Positions 1 through 15,467 of a stretch of DNA of 64,000 nt are shown in pieces. Numbering within the stretch: the stretch's first letter is position 1; every line of letters starts with the position of its first letter. Both the position numbers and the translations under genes were made by a program. This DNA comes from the human T2T-CHM13v2.0 reference genome, Homo sapiens: assembly GCF_009914755.1 (NCBI RefSeq), contig NC_060933.1; one strand, given 5' to 3'. Below the pieces are notes generated by a model, which searched no databases, was not told the DNA's origin, and saw nothing but the letters and a program-made list of their open reading frames with translations.

Positions 1-8
1 AAGAAGTA

Positions 9-320
9 TAGTACTCTCCTTTTATCTGCAGGGAATATGTTCCAAGACCCGTCGATGCCTGAAACTTTGGGTATTACCAAACCTATGTTTGGATAGTACC
101 CAAACTATATTTTTTCCTATACATACATATGTATCATAAAGATGAATTTATAAATTAGGCACAGTAAGAGTTGAACAACTAATAAAATAGAACAATTATA
201 ACAATATACTGTCATAAAAGTTACGTGAATGTGGTCTGTCTCTCCAAGTATCTTAATATTTTCAGACACCAGTTGACCTGACCACAGGTAATTGAAAGTG
301 CAGGTAAGGGTGAGCTGCTG
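9..320 (+). mobile_element. MER44A-like non-autonomous Tigger DNA transposon
   Basis: TA-flanked, degenerate TIRs (tagtactctccttttatctgc / gcaggtaagggtgagctgctg); internal 'tttataaattaggcacagtaagag' matches recalled MER44 consensus. Confidence 0.75.
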
Positions 321-1524
321 TAAACTGTCCAGACCTAAGTAAATATTGAAGGAAGCTCTTAGCTATAATGAATCTACTGAGTTTCCAGCAGATTGGGTAA
401 ACTAAGATTCCACATACAAACACATTTTCATGAGATGTCAGAATGGTAAAGCTAAGATTTTCTGAAGTTTCAGAAAAAAAAAAGGCTGCCTGTCAGGGAC
501 TTAGAAAAAAAATGATTGCATGATTGATTTTTGTTGTTTTTTATTTATCATCAATAAAACATGATGAAATAGAATCCCTGGATGGTAGAAGACAATGGAG
601 GAATCTATTCAGAATTCTAAGGAAAGTGGTTTTTGAAGCTCAGATTCTATACACAGCCAAGCCATCACCCAAAATGTGAAAAGAAAATAATTCTCAGATT
701 TCCTGTGACTCAGTTTTCTTAGACTTCTTCATACCCATTCGTAAAAGAAATTAGTTTGAAAGTGTATTTCAGAAAGTCAGGAAATCTAGGAAACAGAAAA
801 ATATGGGGTTAAAAAATCCTAGGCCTACTCAGGAGTGCACTGAAAAGGAATCTCCAAATTATCTATGTGAATAGGCTAGAAATTAACTGGCTTTCATTAA
901 AAAGTAAATGAGAATGCTTTAAGGAAAGAAAAAAAAAGCCATGTGGAAGAATGTCTTATAGAAGAAAAATAGCATGAATTCCACATAGTATGTAGGATAC
1001 AGAGTTAGCTATATTATATAACTGATACAGACAGGAAAGTGTTTTCTGCGCTTAAGAAAGAAATTTCTATACCATGGTGCAGAAGTGAAGTGGACTAAAT
1101 TTTGCATAATTTTGAGCCATTGTTAGAATGTGAGAAGAGAACCTCTTATTTTTCAGAGATGCACTCATCGTGACAGTGTAGCAGCAGAGGCAGTATTACT
1201 GTAAATCTCATTGAAAAATACTACATGGTCATAGTTAAACAACACATGGAATACTTCTTATGTAAATAAAAAAGTAAATGTTATGAACTATGATAACTTA
1301 GAAGTAAAGACATTACTAACCAAAGCTGTAAAGAGGAAGATGGATCAGGGGAAACAAATAGTAAAGCCTTAAAGAGTGAGAGAAAATGTCTGCAATTGAT
1401 GTAACAAGAAATAGATGTTTGAATATGTCATTTTAATCGTTTTCTTCTGGAAATTTTTACACATATACCAAAGTAGAAGGAATAAGGTAATGAACCCACA
1501 TGTACTCATCACCCACTTTCACTA

Positions 1525-1819
1525 ATTTTTTTTTTTTTTGAGACAGAGTCTCGCTATGTCACCCAGGCTGGAGTGTAGTGGTGCAATCTCGGCTACTGCA
1601 AGCTCTGCCTCCCGGGTTCACGCCATTCTCCTGCCTCAGCCTCCTGAGTAGCTGGGACTACAGGTGCCCACCACCACACCCAGCTACTTTTTTGTATTTT
1701 TAGTAGAGATGGGGTTTCACTGTGTTACCCAGGATGGTCTCGATCTCCTGACCTCGTGATCCCCCTGCCTCGGTCTCCCAAAGTGCTGGGATTACAGGCG
1801 TGAGCCACCATGCCTGGCC
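1525..1819 (-). mobile_element. AluY-like
   Basis: polyT plus antisense Alu body; TSD cactttcactaatt (1514-1527 / 1820-1833). Confidence 0.92.
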
Positions 1820-2084
1820 CACTTTCACTAATTAATATCATATGGCTACTTTGTTACTGCCCACACTCTGCTCTTCCCCCTTCTTCCTCCAGCCCATAAG
1901 ATTATTTTAAAGCAAATCCCAGATACTATACCATTAATTGCTATTTTTCCATAAGCAATAAGGACATTACTTTTTAAATATAGTAACATCATCACCCTAA
2001 ATATTAGCAGTGCTTCCTTAAGACCATGAAAATATCCAGTTAGGGTTCATCTTTTCCTAAATGTCTCATTACAAGGCCTGGTTT

Positions 2085-4025
<1,941 letters not shown>

Positions 4026-4586
4026 ATTACCTGGCATAATGGTACTTTTCTCTGAAGTTAGATATAATGAGAATTAGAAAGTGCTGCGTTTTCATTTTAA
4101 GCTCATTTAATATGTGCATATAATGCCTTGATTCAAAATTCAAATGTAGAAAACAAATTTTGAATTCTTCTGATTAGTAGAAAAATTTTAAAAATGTCTC
4201 TTGGTTTTAGTTTTTTAAAGTAAAATTTGAATACTGAATTATGTGCCAGTTACTGTAATATGCATTTTACATGTGCTATTTTACTTAATCTCCAAACATA
4301 CTCAGTGATTAGTTCTATTTTTCCTTGGAACAGAACAGAAGTAGGAACAGAAGCATCAAGAGGAAATAGAAACACCAAGTGTTCAATTAATATTCCCAAA
4401 TTATTATGGAAAGAGTCCTAAGCCAGAAGTTACTGAGTTTTACATCTGAATTTTCTAATATTTTATTTTCTTGAATGTCATTTTACTATACCTGTTTAAT
4501 AATTCTATTAAATCTATTTCAAGGGTATTTTAATGAGCTACTTTTCATGATATTTTCTTTTATTAAATAACTTTAATTTTTTCAAG

Positions 4587-4714
4587 GAGCAACTGTGGTG
4601 ACAGCTGCTGTGGTAGAAGTACATTCACGTGCCTTACTAGTTAAGACAACACTAAACATAAGCTTCAAAACTGATGATCTCACCATGGTGCTGTATAGTC
4701 CAGGTCCTAAACAG
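4587..4714 (+). CDS. VPS13A: VPS13A exon ~36 (128 nt)
   Basis: ttcaag|GA GCA ACT...AAA CAG|gtaagt; ATVVTAAVVEVHSRALLVKTTLNISFKTDDLTMVLYSPGPKQ. Confidence 0.9.
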
Positions 4715-5089
4715 GTAAGTCCAGGAAGAAAAGAAAATGTATTTTCACATGTGAAATTTGCATAGGTTGATGTTTTTAAAGTAACAAATGTTAATATTTA
4801 ACATTTATTTTGTAGTATCTGTCCCTCTGAGAAAAATGATCTTTTTACTTTAATAATAATTATAACTATTTCCCTTTTAAATGAGTTATCTATCATATAG
4901 CTAATGTGAAAAATAAATTGTAAAATTAAAGTGATATGTATATATTTTTAGCCTTTCATTAGAGCCCTTCGGAGACAGAATTTTGATGTTTGTTATAAGC
5001 AGAGGCAATAATTTGTAGTAGTTCATATCATGAAATACACTTTAGACTTGTGTTTCTTTGTAATTTTGTGTTGGTTTCTCCTTTCATAG

Positions 5090-5259
5090 GCTTCCTTTAC
5101 AGATGTTCGTGATCCTTCTCTGAAACTTGCTGAATTTAAATTGGAGAATATTATAAGTACTTTAAAAATGTATACAGATGGCTCAACATTTTCTTCCTTC
5201 TCATTAAAAAACTGTATTTTAGATGATAAAAGACCTCATGTCAAGAAAGCAACTCCTCG
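5090..5259 (+). CDS. VPS13A: VPS13A exon ~37 (170 nt)
   Basis: ttcatag|GCT...CCT CG|gtatgt; ASFTDVRDPSLKLAEFKLENIISTLKMYTDGSTFSSFSLKNCILDDKRPHVKKATP. Confidence 0.93.
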
Positions 5260-5847
5260 GTATGTATTGTAATGATGTTCTAAGGTTTTACTTGAGAAAT
5301 CGTTGATATATTTTACAGAATTCATCTCCAGAATTGCACGTTCATTTTCTGAGTGCATCCTAGGTTCTTTAAAGCTTCAATTCAGTCAGCTCGTAGTACT
5401 CGGTTAACATTTAAAATGTCCTGGTTCTGTTATGTACTATTCTTACTGGATAATTGATAGATTGGTTGAGTAAATAGAAATAATCAGTGCAATTAAATTG
5501 GTTTTTACATTCTTTAAATTACATTCTCTAATATAAATCTAATATAAGTTATTGTTAATCCATGCTAATTGCAATGGGAAGTACATAAAAAATTGAAAAG
5601 AAAAAATATCCTGAGATTCAAACTCTTATAATTTATTGAACATACACTTCCTCATTTATGATACATTTGTGTTCCAGAAGTTTGTAAGTTTGTTATTTGG
5701 AACACTTTATGGATCTTCCCAAGAGACATGACTTCAGAATGCTTTTTTTTGTCAGTAAAAGAGATAAGAGGTCTTTGAGTTTTACTCATATGTTTGATTA
5801 CTTCTAAGTTACTCATACATAGGAATTGTTGTTATTGTGTTTTCCAG

Positions 5848-6065
5848 AATGATAGGACTGACAGTTGGTTTTGACAAAAAAGACATGATGGATATAAAGT
5901 ACAGGAAAGTCAGAGATGGTTGTGTGACTGATGCGGTCTTTCAAGAAATGTATATTTGTGCAAGCGTAGAATTTCTGCAGACTGTTGCAAATGTCTTTCT
6001 TGAGGCCTACACCACAGGCACTGCTGTAGAAACCAGTGTGCAAACATGGACTGCTAAGGAAGAAG
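5848..6065 (+). CDS. VPS13A: VPS13A exon ~38 (218 nt)
   Basis: ttccag|A ATG...GAA G|gttagt; overlaps track ORF 5837..6070 (MIGLTVGFDKKDMMDIKY...). Confidence 0.93.
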
Positions 6066-6768
6066 GTTAGTTATTGGCTAAAATATTTAATATTTGTTTT
6101 ATTGAAGTGCTACAACAGGACTTAACCTTGATTAGCCTTTTAGATCATCAAAGTAAATGCTTTAAGAAATTAAAATTTTATTTTTCAGAGTAGAAGGAAA
6201 ACCTTAATGTGTTTTCTTGGAGGATGTATAGTTTGCATTTTTTAAAGGTGTCAGTATATATTGCATTTAAAAATTATGAAACCTATGTTAGAATAAGTAA
6301 TTGTACTTCTCTTCAGGCAGTAATTTGAAGGAATTTGTCTAGTGGAAAAAAACAAGCAGAGCAAATAATGAACCAACCATACCTTTTCACAATTAAGATA
6401 ATATTTCAATTTAAAGCACTCATTTATTTTTGTTGTATTTATTCCTAGCTTTTAACGTACGGTTTCTCTATTATCTTTTTATAATATGTGATTTACTGTG
6501 GTATAGTAGAAAGAGTATCAAGTTGAGAGTTAGAAACTAGATTAGTTTCTAGGCTTTCCAATTAAATAGTGGAGATTTCCCCTCATTTAAAAATGTTCTT
6601 ATGCCTATAGCTTCTTCAAGTCTTTACTAAGGGTTGTAGTTGATTCCTTTGGGATCTAAGATTCTTCTGTTTTACTTTTTACTATTATTTCATTTTAATA
6701 TTTTCTTATAAATAATAAATTATTCATAATATATAGCAAATATTTTAATCTATTTTTATTTGTTTTAG

Positions 6769-7001
6769 TACCTACACAGGAATCAGTGAAGTGGGAAATT
6801 AATGTTATTATTAAAAATCCTGAAATTGTGTTTGTAGCTGACATGACAAAAAATGATGCTCCTGCTTTAGTCATTACAACACAATGTGAAATTTGCTATA
6901 AAGGTAACCTTGAAAATAGTACAATGACTGCTGCCATTAAAGATCTCCAAGTGAGAGCCTGCCCGTTTCTTCCAGTCAAGAGAAAAGGCAAAATCACTAC
7001 T
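6769..7001 (+). CDS. VPS13A: VPS13A exon ~39 (233 nt)
   Basis: ttttag|TA CCT...ACT ACT|gtgagt; PTQESVKWEINVIIKNPEIVFVAD...KGKITT. Confidence 0.93.
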
Positions 7002-8182
7002 GTGAGTTAACTATTTGATCATCTGCTTAATTGTAACTATTTTGGATGTAGTGTATACCATTTTAGGAAACAAAAACTACCTACATGCTTTCCAACCTTG
7101 CTCTGTAAAATGTCTTTCTCTCTGCTTAGAGAGCTTAATTTAGAATATTATTTACCAGCTTTGAAACTCTTTCATTCTTCCAGATGCTGCTCATTATTGT
7201 TAGTATTTGTGGGAATATTGTCACTAAGAAGTTGGGTTCATCTTGACAGTTTTCAGTTAAGATCTACTTTGACTTTCTAACCATGTCAATTCCAAATTGC
7301 TCTTTGGACTTTTAAGACTTTCTGCCAGTTGTTTGCTGTGTTGTTTCAATTTTATTGTTTCAACTTTTTTCTCCCGTTTGGATGTTTTTGCTCAAATAAT
7401 GAGTTTTTCCTTGTCTCCATGTAACTTCATTTGAACCTTCAGCCATTTGCTTTGACATACTTCACATTGATATTTTACTCTCTAGTAACCTCTTGGCCTT
7501 CCTCCTCTTCATAACTCTACTTAAAATTCATTCCTTTACAGACGCTGACTTCCAGCGAATACTTACAAAAATATTTGAGCTTCTGAAGGAGTAATAGAAG
7601 CATAAGTTTTTGTTTGTTTCTTTGTATTTTTTTCCTGATGCTTGGTATGCATCTATAGAAGCATAAATGTTCTAAACATTGTCACCATAGAAATATAAGA
7701 TGTAATTTTGATACAATGAATACATATATATTAGGATATAAGATAAACTGTTGCCCAAATTTGCAAGACAGTTGGCCCTCCACTAAGCAAAGAGAGAGAA
7801 TAGAAAATGGAGGGTATACCAATTCTCTCTTAGTTTTTGACTTAGAAGTTTTAAATATATATTTCTTCTATTCACATCTTTTTTGGCTTGAATATAGCTG
7901 TATGACCACACTTTACTTCAGTAAAGGTTGGAGACTGTGGTATTTTTTTCTGAGCTACCTTGTGCTCAGATAAAACTTCTATTACTGTGGAAGAATAGAA
8001 CAGATATTAGGTTCTAGATGTCCTTTATATGGGATAATTAAGGAGTGTATTATTAAGTCACTTTTTAAATAGTTGTTTTTATTAACTTGTTTATTTGACA
8101 TACCTATTACTAGGAAAGTCTTTAAATAGAAATATTTTTATATTTAAACATTAATTTAGTGGTATTGATTTTTCTCTCATAG

Positions 8183-8275
8183 GTTTTGCAGCCCTGTGAC
8201 TTGTTTTATCAAACTACTCAGAAAGGTACAGATCCACAAGTGATCGATATGTCAGTAAAATCCCTGACACTAAAG
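8183..8275 (+). CDS. VPS13A: VPS13A exon ~40 (93 nt)
   Basis: ctcatag|GTT...AAG|gtaaat; VLQPCDLFYQTTQKGTDPQVIDMSVKSLTLK. Confidence 0.93.
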
Positions 8276-8540
8276 GTAAATTAAAATATAATCATTTGAA
8301 TATTTAGTGCACTTAAAAAAAGTAGTAAAGCCTAGAAAGTTATTATAGCAAGTCTTTTAATTGTTATGCAAACAAAATAGGTGTGTTTTTGAAAATACGT
8401 TTTTATGAGATATTTACAAAGTAATATTATTTAATACACATTTTATGAATGTTATTCTATATTTTATTATTTACATTTGTGTGGTTAACATCTAATATCC
8501 CTAATAAATATTATTGAAATTACTTTATACTTCATCAGTT

Positions 8541-8636
8541 TAATAATATCTGCAATTCATGTATATTAATAATATCATGTAATTCATGGAATAATATCTG
8601 CAAGATTCATGTAAATATCTGCAAGATTCATGTAAA
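8541..8636. repeat. Degenerate tandem repeat (aatatctgcaagattcatgta-like unit, about 4 copies)
   Basis: directly visible; the last two copies are identical. Confidence 0.7.
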
Positions 8637-8811
8637 CACATAACAAGAATTATGGTAATTTAAAAAATTTTATAAACAATAAATTGTATCTTCTATTTTG
8701 TGGTAGTAATGTTAATTCAGTATTTAATTTCTCATAATATATATTTAATATTTCTTGACGTAGTATGTTTGAAAGTGTTTTGTATAGACTTATTAATTTT
8801 TTTCCATTTAG

Positions 8812-9168
8812 GTTTCACCAGTTATTATAAATACTATGATTACCATAACTTCAGCACTGTATACAACTAAGGAAACCATCCCAGAAGAAACGGCTTCTTC
8901 TACTGCACATTTATGGGAAAAGAAGGATACAAAGACTTTAAAAATGTGGTTTCTTGAAGAATCAAATGAAACTGAAAAAATAGCTCCCACAACTGAATTG
9001 GTACCCAAAGGCGAGATGATAAAAATGAACATTGATTCTATTTTTATAGTTCTTGAGGCTGGAATTGGTCATAGAACAGTACCTATGCTTCTGGCAAAGT
9101 CACGTTTTTCAGGGGAAGGCAAAAACTGGAGTTCCCTAATAAATCTGCACTGTCAGCTTGAGCTAGAA
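8812..9168 (+). CDS. VPS13A: VPS13A exon ~41 (357 nt)
   Basis: atttag|GTT TCA...CTA GAA|gtaagc; overlaps track ORF 8836..9201. Confidence 0.95.
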
Positions 9169-9193
9169 GTAAGCATATTTTTCCAGTTTTATA

Positions 9194-9251
9194 ACAGATA
9201 ATGATACGTATGGAATATTATGACAGATAATGATACATATGGAATATTATG
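9194..9251. repeat. 29-bp tandem duplication
   Basis: acagataatgatac(g/a)tatggaatattatg x2. Confidence 0.85.
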
Positions 9252-9488
9252 GAATCTTGTGTAGCTATTTAAGCTTATTGTAAATATGATATTGGGTCAA
9301 AAACTTTTAGAAAAAAGTTTTCAAATTTTGCCCTTGAATAATTGCTTTTATGTATACATTCCTTTTACTTTTAAAGTACATGTCCACATTAAGTTTATAT
9401 TTCAACTGATTTTATCAACTTAAAGATAATATATTATTCGACAGTTGTTGATTAGATTCAGAATATTTTTTTTAAAGAGTTAAATTGA

Positions 9489-9798
9489 GGCCAGGCCCAG
9501 TGGCTCACCTGTAATCCCAGCACGTTGGGAGGCCAAAGCAGAAGGATCGCTTGAGCCCAGGAGTTCAAGATCAGCCTGGGCAACATGGTGAAACCTTGTC
9601 TCTACTAAAAATACAAAAAATTAGCCAGTGGTGGTGGCTCACACCTGTAGTCTTAGTTATTCGAGAGACTGAGGTGGACGATCACTTGAGAATACCTGGG
9701 AAGTCGAGGCTGTGGTGAGCTGAGATCTTACCACTGCACTCCAGCCTGGGGTTCAAAGTGAGACCCAGACTCAAAAAAAAAAAAAAAGAAAAGAAAAG
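9489..9798 (+). mobile_element. AluJ-like
   Basis: sense Alu with A tail; TSD approximately aaagagttaaa. Confidence 0.88.
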
Positions 9799-10149
9799 AG
9801 TTAAAGTTGAATACCCTTTTTTTTTTAAGGATATAGACAGAATTTCTGAATATGTGGATAATAATCTCTTCTAATAGAAATATGAAGAATTAGAAATATA
9901 TGCCTTATACTTTTATGTAATGTAGAATCAAGGAAAGATGCTTAAAAAGGGGTTTTATCTGGACTAAATTGTGAAGAGCGAATATGTACTATGAAGTTAG
10001 CCAGGTGAGGAAAATGCTGAGGGAGTGCTTATAGGAAGCTACTGAATGGCATGTAGACTGGTTTTTATATAGAAGAAATAACAGGGCTAAAAAACATGGT
10101 GGGAAACAGGATGGAAGATCATTTTTAATTTAAAAAATTCTCTCTGTAG

Positions 10150-10251
10150 GTGCATTATTATAATGAAATGTTTGGTGTATGGGAGCCTTTGCTTGAACCC
10201 TTAGAAATTGATCAGACTGAGGATTTTAGACCATGGAATCTTGGTATCAAG
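10150..10251 (+). CDS. VPS13A: VPS13A exon ~42 (102 nt), WEPLLEP motif
   Basis: ctgtag|GTG...AAG|gtatat; VHYYNEMFGVWEPLLEPLEIDQTEDFRPWNLGIK. Confidence 0.95.
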
Positions 10252-11746
10252 GTATATCTATATATGTCTATGTGTGTATATATATATATATGTATTTTAA
10301 AAGACTTTATTTTTTTAAGAACAGATTTAGGTTCACAGCAAAATTGAGAAGAAGGAACAGAGATTTCCCGTATACCACCTACTTCTGCACATGTATAGCC
10401 TCCCCCTTTATTAACATTCCCTCATCAACGTATATTTGAAGACTGAAAAAATTTTCCAAAATTGAGAATGTTTATACCACACTCGACACTTTATTTTAAT
10501 CACAACAAGGTTCAGGTTGTCTCATCATGAGCCTTGCCCACATGCTTCCTTGTTTGCCCTCTGAATATAATTTTCAAATCTAAGGCCAATGTTGCCTATG
10601 CTTCTAATACAATTATGTAACAAGTATTATGTTACTTGTTACATAATTTAGAACAATTTAGAACATAATTTAGAACACAATTTATACATTGTTCTAAATA
10701 TTTTAATCCTTACAACAACTCTTGGAGGTAGATACAGTTTTTATTTAACATGTGAAGGGACTGAGACCAGGGAGGTTAAGAGACTTCTTGAAGTAATAAT
10801 AGCTACAAAGTGGAAAAGATGGGATGCAAATCCAGCTGCAGAGGCGTTAAATCCACTCTAAACCACTATGCTATAATGCCTGTGTCATCATCTTGTAGGT
10901 TGTTGTCTATCCTGAGTTTCCTTCATCCTTTGGATGTTTGCATGTGTGCAGGAATGTATATTATTTGTTTGAAATATATTGTGGATTTATATAATCATGA
11001 GAATCGGGGCCTTTAGGTGGATGAAATTTTGCTTCTGAAGCAAGAGACTGCAGAATTACTCACGTGTTTCCTACCTAATAATGACTTGGTCAACCTGCAG
11101 ACAGATTTTCAGTGGCTTAAAGCCAGTTAAAGTAACAACAGAGGTGACTAGCTTAGCATGTTGAGCTCTTTTCATATTAGATCACTTAATTTTATTTTCC
11201 AGATATTTTAGATGAAGGATTTGAAAAGGAATTCCTTGGTGGTTTTTAGGTTAGAATACACATGGTCAGCAGATCTGTGACTCCTAAAAAATGGTAAAGG
11301 GTATTGATTCTTATGAGCTCTAGGTTTATAACACTGTTCTGCTACTATTGTCTGCCTTTGTAAGTCTCTAGGTTTCTGTTCTTTATTATTAGCATGACCA
11401 ATACATTAAGTTACTTTTTTCTGTCTGAGTTTTTATGTTGCTTTGAAGTATGTGCTTTTATATTCAGATCCCGGGTACACATAGTAATTTTAGGTTTTTA
11501 TTTTCCCTTCTAAATTGTGTCTGCCATTTTACTATCACTGATGATGACATGATTTATTTTCTCTAATACTTCTGTCCTTTATGACCTTAGTTGGCTGATG
11601 TCCAAGTAATTTCAGTAAGGCAATAGAACTTACTGAAATTAGAAAAGATAAAATGTACTGACCTTTCTAATGTTGGTATTGGGATTTGTCTAGTTATGTT
11701 GTGTTCTTAGAATTTTTCCTTATATTTCTATGATTTATCATTTTAG

Positions 11747-11905
11747 ATGAAAAAGAAAGCAAAAATGGCCATTGTTGAGTCAGATCCTGAAGAAGAAAAC
11801 TACAAAGTGCCAGAATATAAAACTGTCATCAGTTTCCATTCAAAAGACCAATTAAACATTACATTATCCAAATGTGGTCTTGTAATGTTAAACAATTTAG
11901 TCAAG
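11747..11905 (+). CDS. VPS13A: VPS13A exon ~43 (159 nt)
   Basis: ttttag|ATG AAA...GTC AAG|gtaaga; MKKKAKMAIVESDPEEENYKVPEYKTVISFHSKDQLNITLSKCGLVMLNNLVK. Confidence 0.93.
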
Positions 11906-12068
11906 GTAAGAAAAGAAATTTGAAACTTTAAATATTGAGATACTTGTCTGATTGATCTGTCTGTTGAATAAGAAGTTTAATAACTTAGTTGTCATTTGTC
12001 CTTTACTGTTCTCCTTGTCATTTAATTTTACACATTTCATTTTATTTAGCATAACTCTTTCTTATTAG

Positions 12069-12324
12069 GCATTTACAGAAGCTGCCACTGGATCTTCAGC
12101 TGACTTCGTAAAGGATCTAGCACCATTTATGATTTTAAATTCCCTTGGACTTACTATTTCTGTTTCGCCAAGTGATTCTTTTAGTGTACTCAACATTCCT
12201 ATGGCAAAATCATATGTATTGAAAAATGGAGAAAGTTTAAGTATGGATTATATCCGAACCAAGGACAATGATCATTTCAATGCAATGACCAGCCTAAGCA
12301 GCAAACTCTTCTTCATTCTTCTTA
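12069..12324 (+). CDS. VPS13A: VPS13A exon ~44 (256 nt), start of VAB region
   Basis: tattag|GCA TTT...CTT A|gtaagt; AFTEAATGSSADFVKDLAPFMILNSLG... Confidence 0.94.
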
Positions 12325-13644
12325 GTAAGTAGTTGAAAAATTACCTTCCTGGGGCTATTTTGTTTTAAATTACAATTTACATGTTATTTTACTCTTTTGT
12401 AGAATCTTAGCAAGGTTTTTTTTGTTTTTGTTTTTGTTTTTTTAAAATATCCTTTCTAATAGGTCAAGAACTGTTTTTTGTCTTTGCAGTGTCTTGGTTA
12501 CTATTGTTACTAAAACTTTGTATTCCAAACTCTTTCTTTATCCTCTGCATTATTTAGAGCATGGCAATTTACTGCTTTGTTGTTGGGAGGAAAAATATTA
12601 GATCTCGCCCTCATTCTGCTTTTATAGACCGTGGATGTTTAGATGTTTGTGGGGGTTCTTTTATTCACATTTGGTATCCGTTGATAGTATTCCACCAGTT
12701 TTGCAACTGAAAGAATTCTAAGTGTGAATTCATGCAGATGGCAATTTTTAATGGCTTTAGGATTTATAAATGGTTTTTTTTTTTTTATGTTCTGCCTGTT
12801 GAGATGAAGGTTTTTTCCTTTGTCTTTTCTGCTTCCCAAAAGTTTTTCATTTTTATTGGAGGTGAAATATATACATTCTTAAAGTATCATAATATGTAGT
12901 CATTGTGAAGTTAAATAGTCCCAGAGCCTCACCTACACCACTTTTTGATACTCTGGCATTTAAGTAATTATTGAGGAGGGCATCATTTAAAAGATTAATT
13001 AGACATAGGGGGGTAGGCTACTAAAATAGCTTGTGTTTCTAGTTAGAAAATAACATGTAACAGGTGTTTCAGGTGTTGTCATAGCGTTGTAATTAATGTT
13101 CTTATAAATTTTACCTCTTTTTTTTTAACATTTTTATGGATGGGATGGTAAATGAAATTTATGCAAGTAAGTAATTTTATCCCCAATACAACATGTGTTT
13201 TAGGTAAATATATATAAAATTTTATTTAATCAAGTCCAAGATATAAAGGAAAAGTGACACAAGTTGTTGGAAAAATTAAAAACAAAAATTGTAGTCACCT
13301 TGATATTTACCAATGTCTACCAAAAGGTATTATGCTCTGGTTATTCTGACAGCAAACCAGAGATCAGTATTCTTGTATTTTATAGTACTTGCTCTCATTA
13401 CTCATTTTTGAAACGTTTGCTATTGTTGTCTTGGGTTAAACTCCTGAATGGGAGTTTTTTAATTAATGCTGTGGAAATATATGCTGGCTTCTTAAAATAT
13501 CCCTTTTATGGACTATATCCAAAGACTCTAGTGACTATTATTTATAAGTTTAAGAATCATCTGAAATTTCTAATATGTAACATATGTAAAATTAATATGT
13601 AATGAATTATAATAAAAACTTTTAAACATACTTACTTAATTTAG

Positions 13645-13805
13645 CACCTGTTAACCATTCTACTGCTGATAAGATTCCTTTAACAAAAGTGGGACGACGT
13701 CTGTACACTGTAAGACACAGAGAGTCTGGCGTTGAAAGATCTATTGTTTGTCAAATTGATACAGTAGAAGGAAGTAAGAAGGTCACAATTCGCTCCCCAG
13801 TGCAG
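13645..13805 (+). CDS. VPS13A: VPS13A exon ~45 (161 nt)
   Basis: atttag|CA CCT...GTG CAG|gtatga; PVNHSTADKIPLTKVGRRLYTVRH...VTIRSPVQ. Confidence 0.93.
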
Positions 13806-14144
13806 GTATGAAATGATCAATTTTGGGGGATGTCCTGTTATGCATATCTGTGTGCTAATAAAATTAAAAACAACAACAACAAATTATTACTGAAAGAATA
13901 TAAACCGTAACAGTAATACAGCTGATATCAAAAAGAAGACTCACTACCACCAGTTGCGCTACTTGGTTATGACGGGTGGTAGGAATTTGTTCAATATACT
14001 TCTTATAATTTTTTAATAGGAATATTTTGTAAAATCTTCTTACGGTATTTTTTATAAATAGTCATCAGTGTTTTGCTTTAGGTCTTTGTAATGTATTTAT
14101 ATCCTTTCTATTTGATTAGATAATTTTTAGAGAAATAAAAAAAT

Positions 14145-15250
14145 TTTACAGCTTTATTGAGGTATGTACAATAAACTGCATATATTTAAAGTTGATGACT
14201 TTTGACACAAAAATGCACCTTTGAAACTGTCATCACAGTCACGGTAATGAACATATTTATTTCTTAGAAAAATTTTCTATTTCCCCACTTTCCCATTCCC
14301 AGGCATCCACTGATCTGTCCTCATTGTACATTAGTTATATGGCCTAGGATTTTACATAAGTGGAATACAGTACAGATGGAGTTTGACTTTCATTCAGAAA
14401 AATTTTGTATGTATGTGTCAACTTATGTGTATCCATGTTATTACATGCAGTTACTTGTTGTTGCTCAGTAGTAATCTATTATATGTATATGCCACATAGC
14501 CATTTTGAGTGAACCTTTGTATACAGTGTGAAGTTAAGAATTGAGGTTTTGCTTTTTTTTTCACCATATGGATTTTTTTTCCAGAGGATTTTAGGTCCTT
14601 CTCATTTTTATATAAATTTGAGAATCAGATTATCAATTTTATAAAAAATCTGGATAAAATTGGCTTGTCCTTTAATTTTTAAATTCTGATTACTCATTGA
14701 TAGTATTTAGAAATACAGGTTATATTAACCTCTACTTGCAGATTTAACTAGACTTACATATTCTAGTAGATTTGTGTAGATTTAGATAGTTATGATAGCT
14801 GCAAATGAAGACATTTTTACTTTTTCTTTTTCAATCTGGATGTGTTTTATTTTATCTTGTTTATATTGCCTATCACACTGGCTAGAATACAATTCGAGTA
14901 GAAGTGGTGAGAGCATGTTTTTGCCTTGTCCATTCTTTCACCTTTAAACATGATTTGTGTTGTTTTGTAGATGCCTTTTCTTAGGTTGTAAACGTTCCCT
15001 TCTATTCCTAGTGTGCTGAGAGTTTTTATCAGAGTTGATTTTGGATTTTGTCAGATGCTTTTTCAGTACAAGAGGAGGATATATTTTTTAATTTGTTAGT
15101 ATGATGAATTACATTCACTGATTCTTTTTAAATATTAGATCAACCTTGCATTCCTAGGATTAATCTCACATAATCATGACGTCTTACTAACCTTTTAGTA
15201 TATTGTTGGATTTTGCATTTATATTCATGAGGGATATTGGTCTAGAGTTT
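14145..15250 (-). mobile_element. Old L1M fragments
   Basis: antisense L1 3' UTR/ORF2-like sequence; boundaries approximate. Confidence 0.6.
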
Positions 15251-15259
15251 CAATGTCTG

Positions 15260-15415
15260 TCTTTCTGTCTTTCTTTTCTTGAATCTTGCTCTGTGTCCAG
15301 GCTGGAGGGCAGTGGTGCCATCATGGCTCACTGGAGCCGCATCTCCTGGGTTTAAGCAATCCTCCTATCTCAACCTCCCGAGCAGCAAGGACTGTAGGTG
15401 CACACCACCACACCT
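15260..15415 (-). mobile_element. AluJ right-arm fragment
   Basis: 'ccaggctggagggcagtggtgccatcatggctcactg...'. Confidence 0.75.
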
Positions 15416-15467
15416 ATTCTCCCATCTTGCTCCGCCTCTCATTGTTTAACTTTTTAACTCATTAAAG

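Noticed and set aside
12610-12680. Acceptor-like ctcattctgcttttatag suggesting a cryptic exon in intron 44
   Set aside because: No convincing paired donor, and the spliced frame is complete without it.
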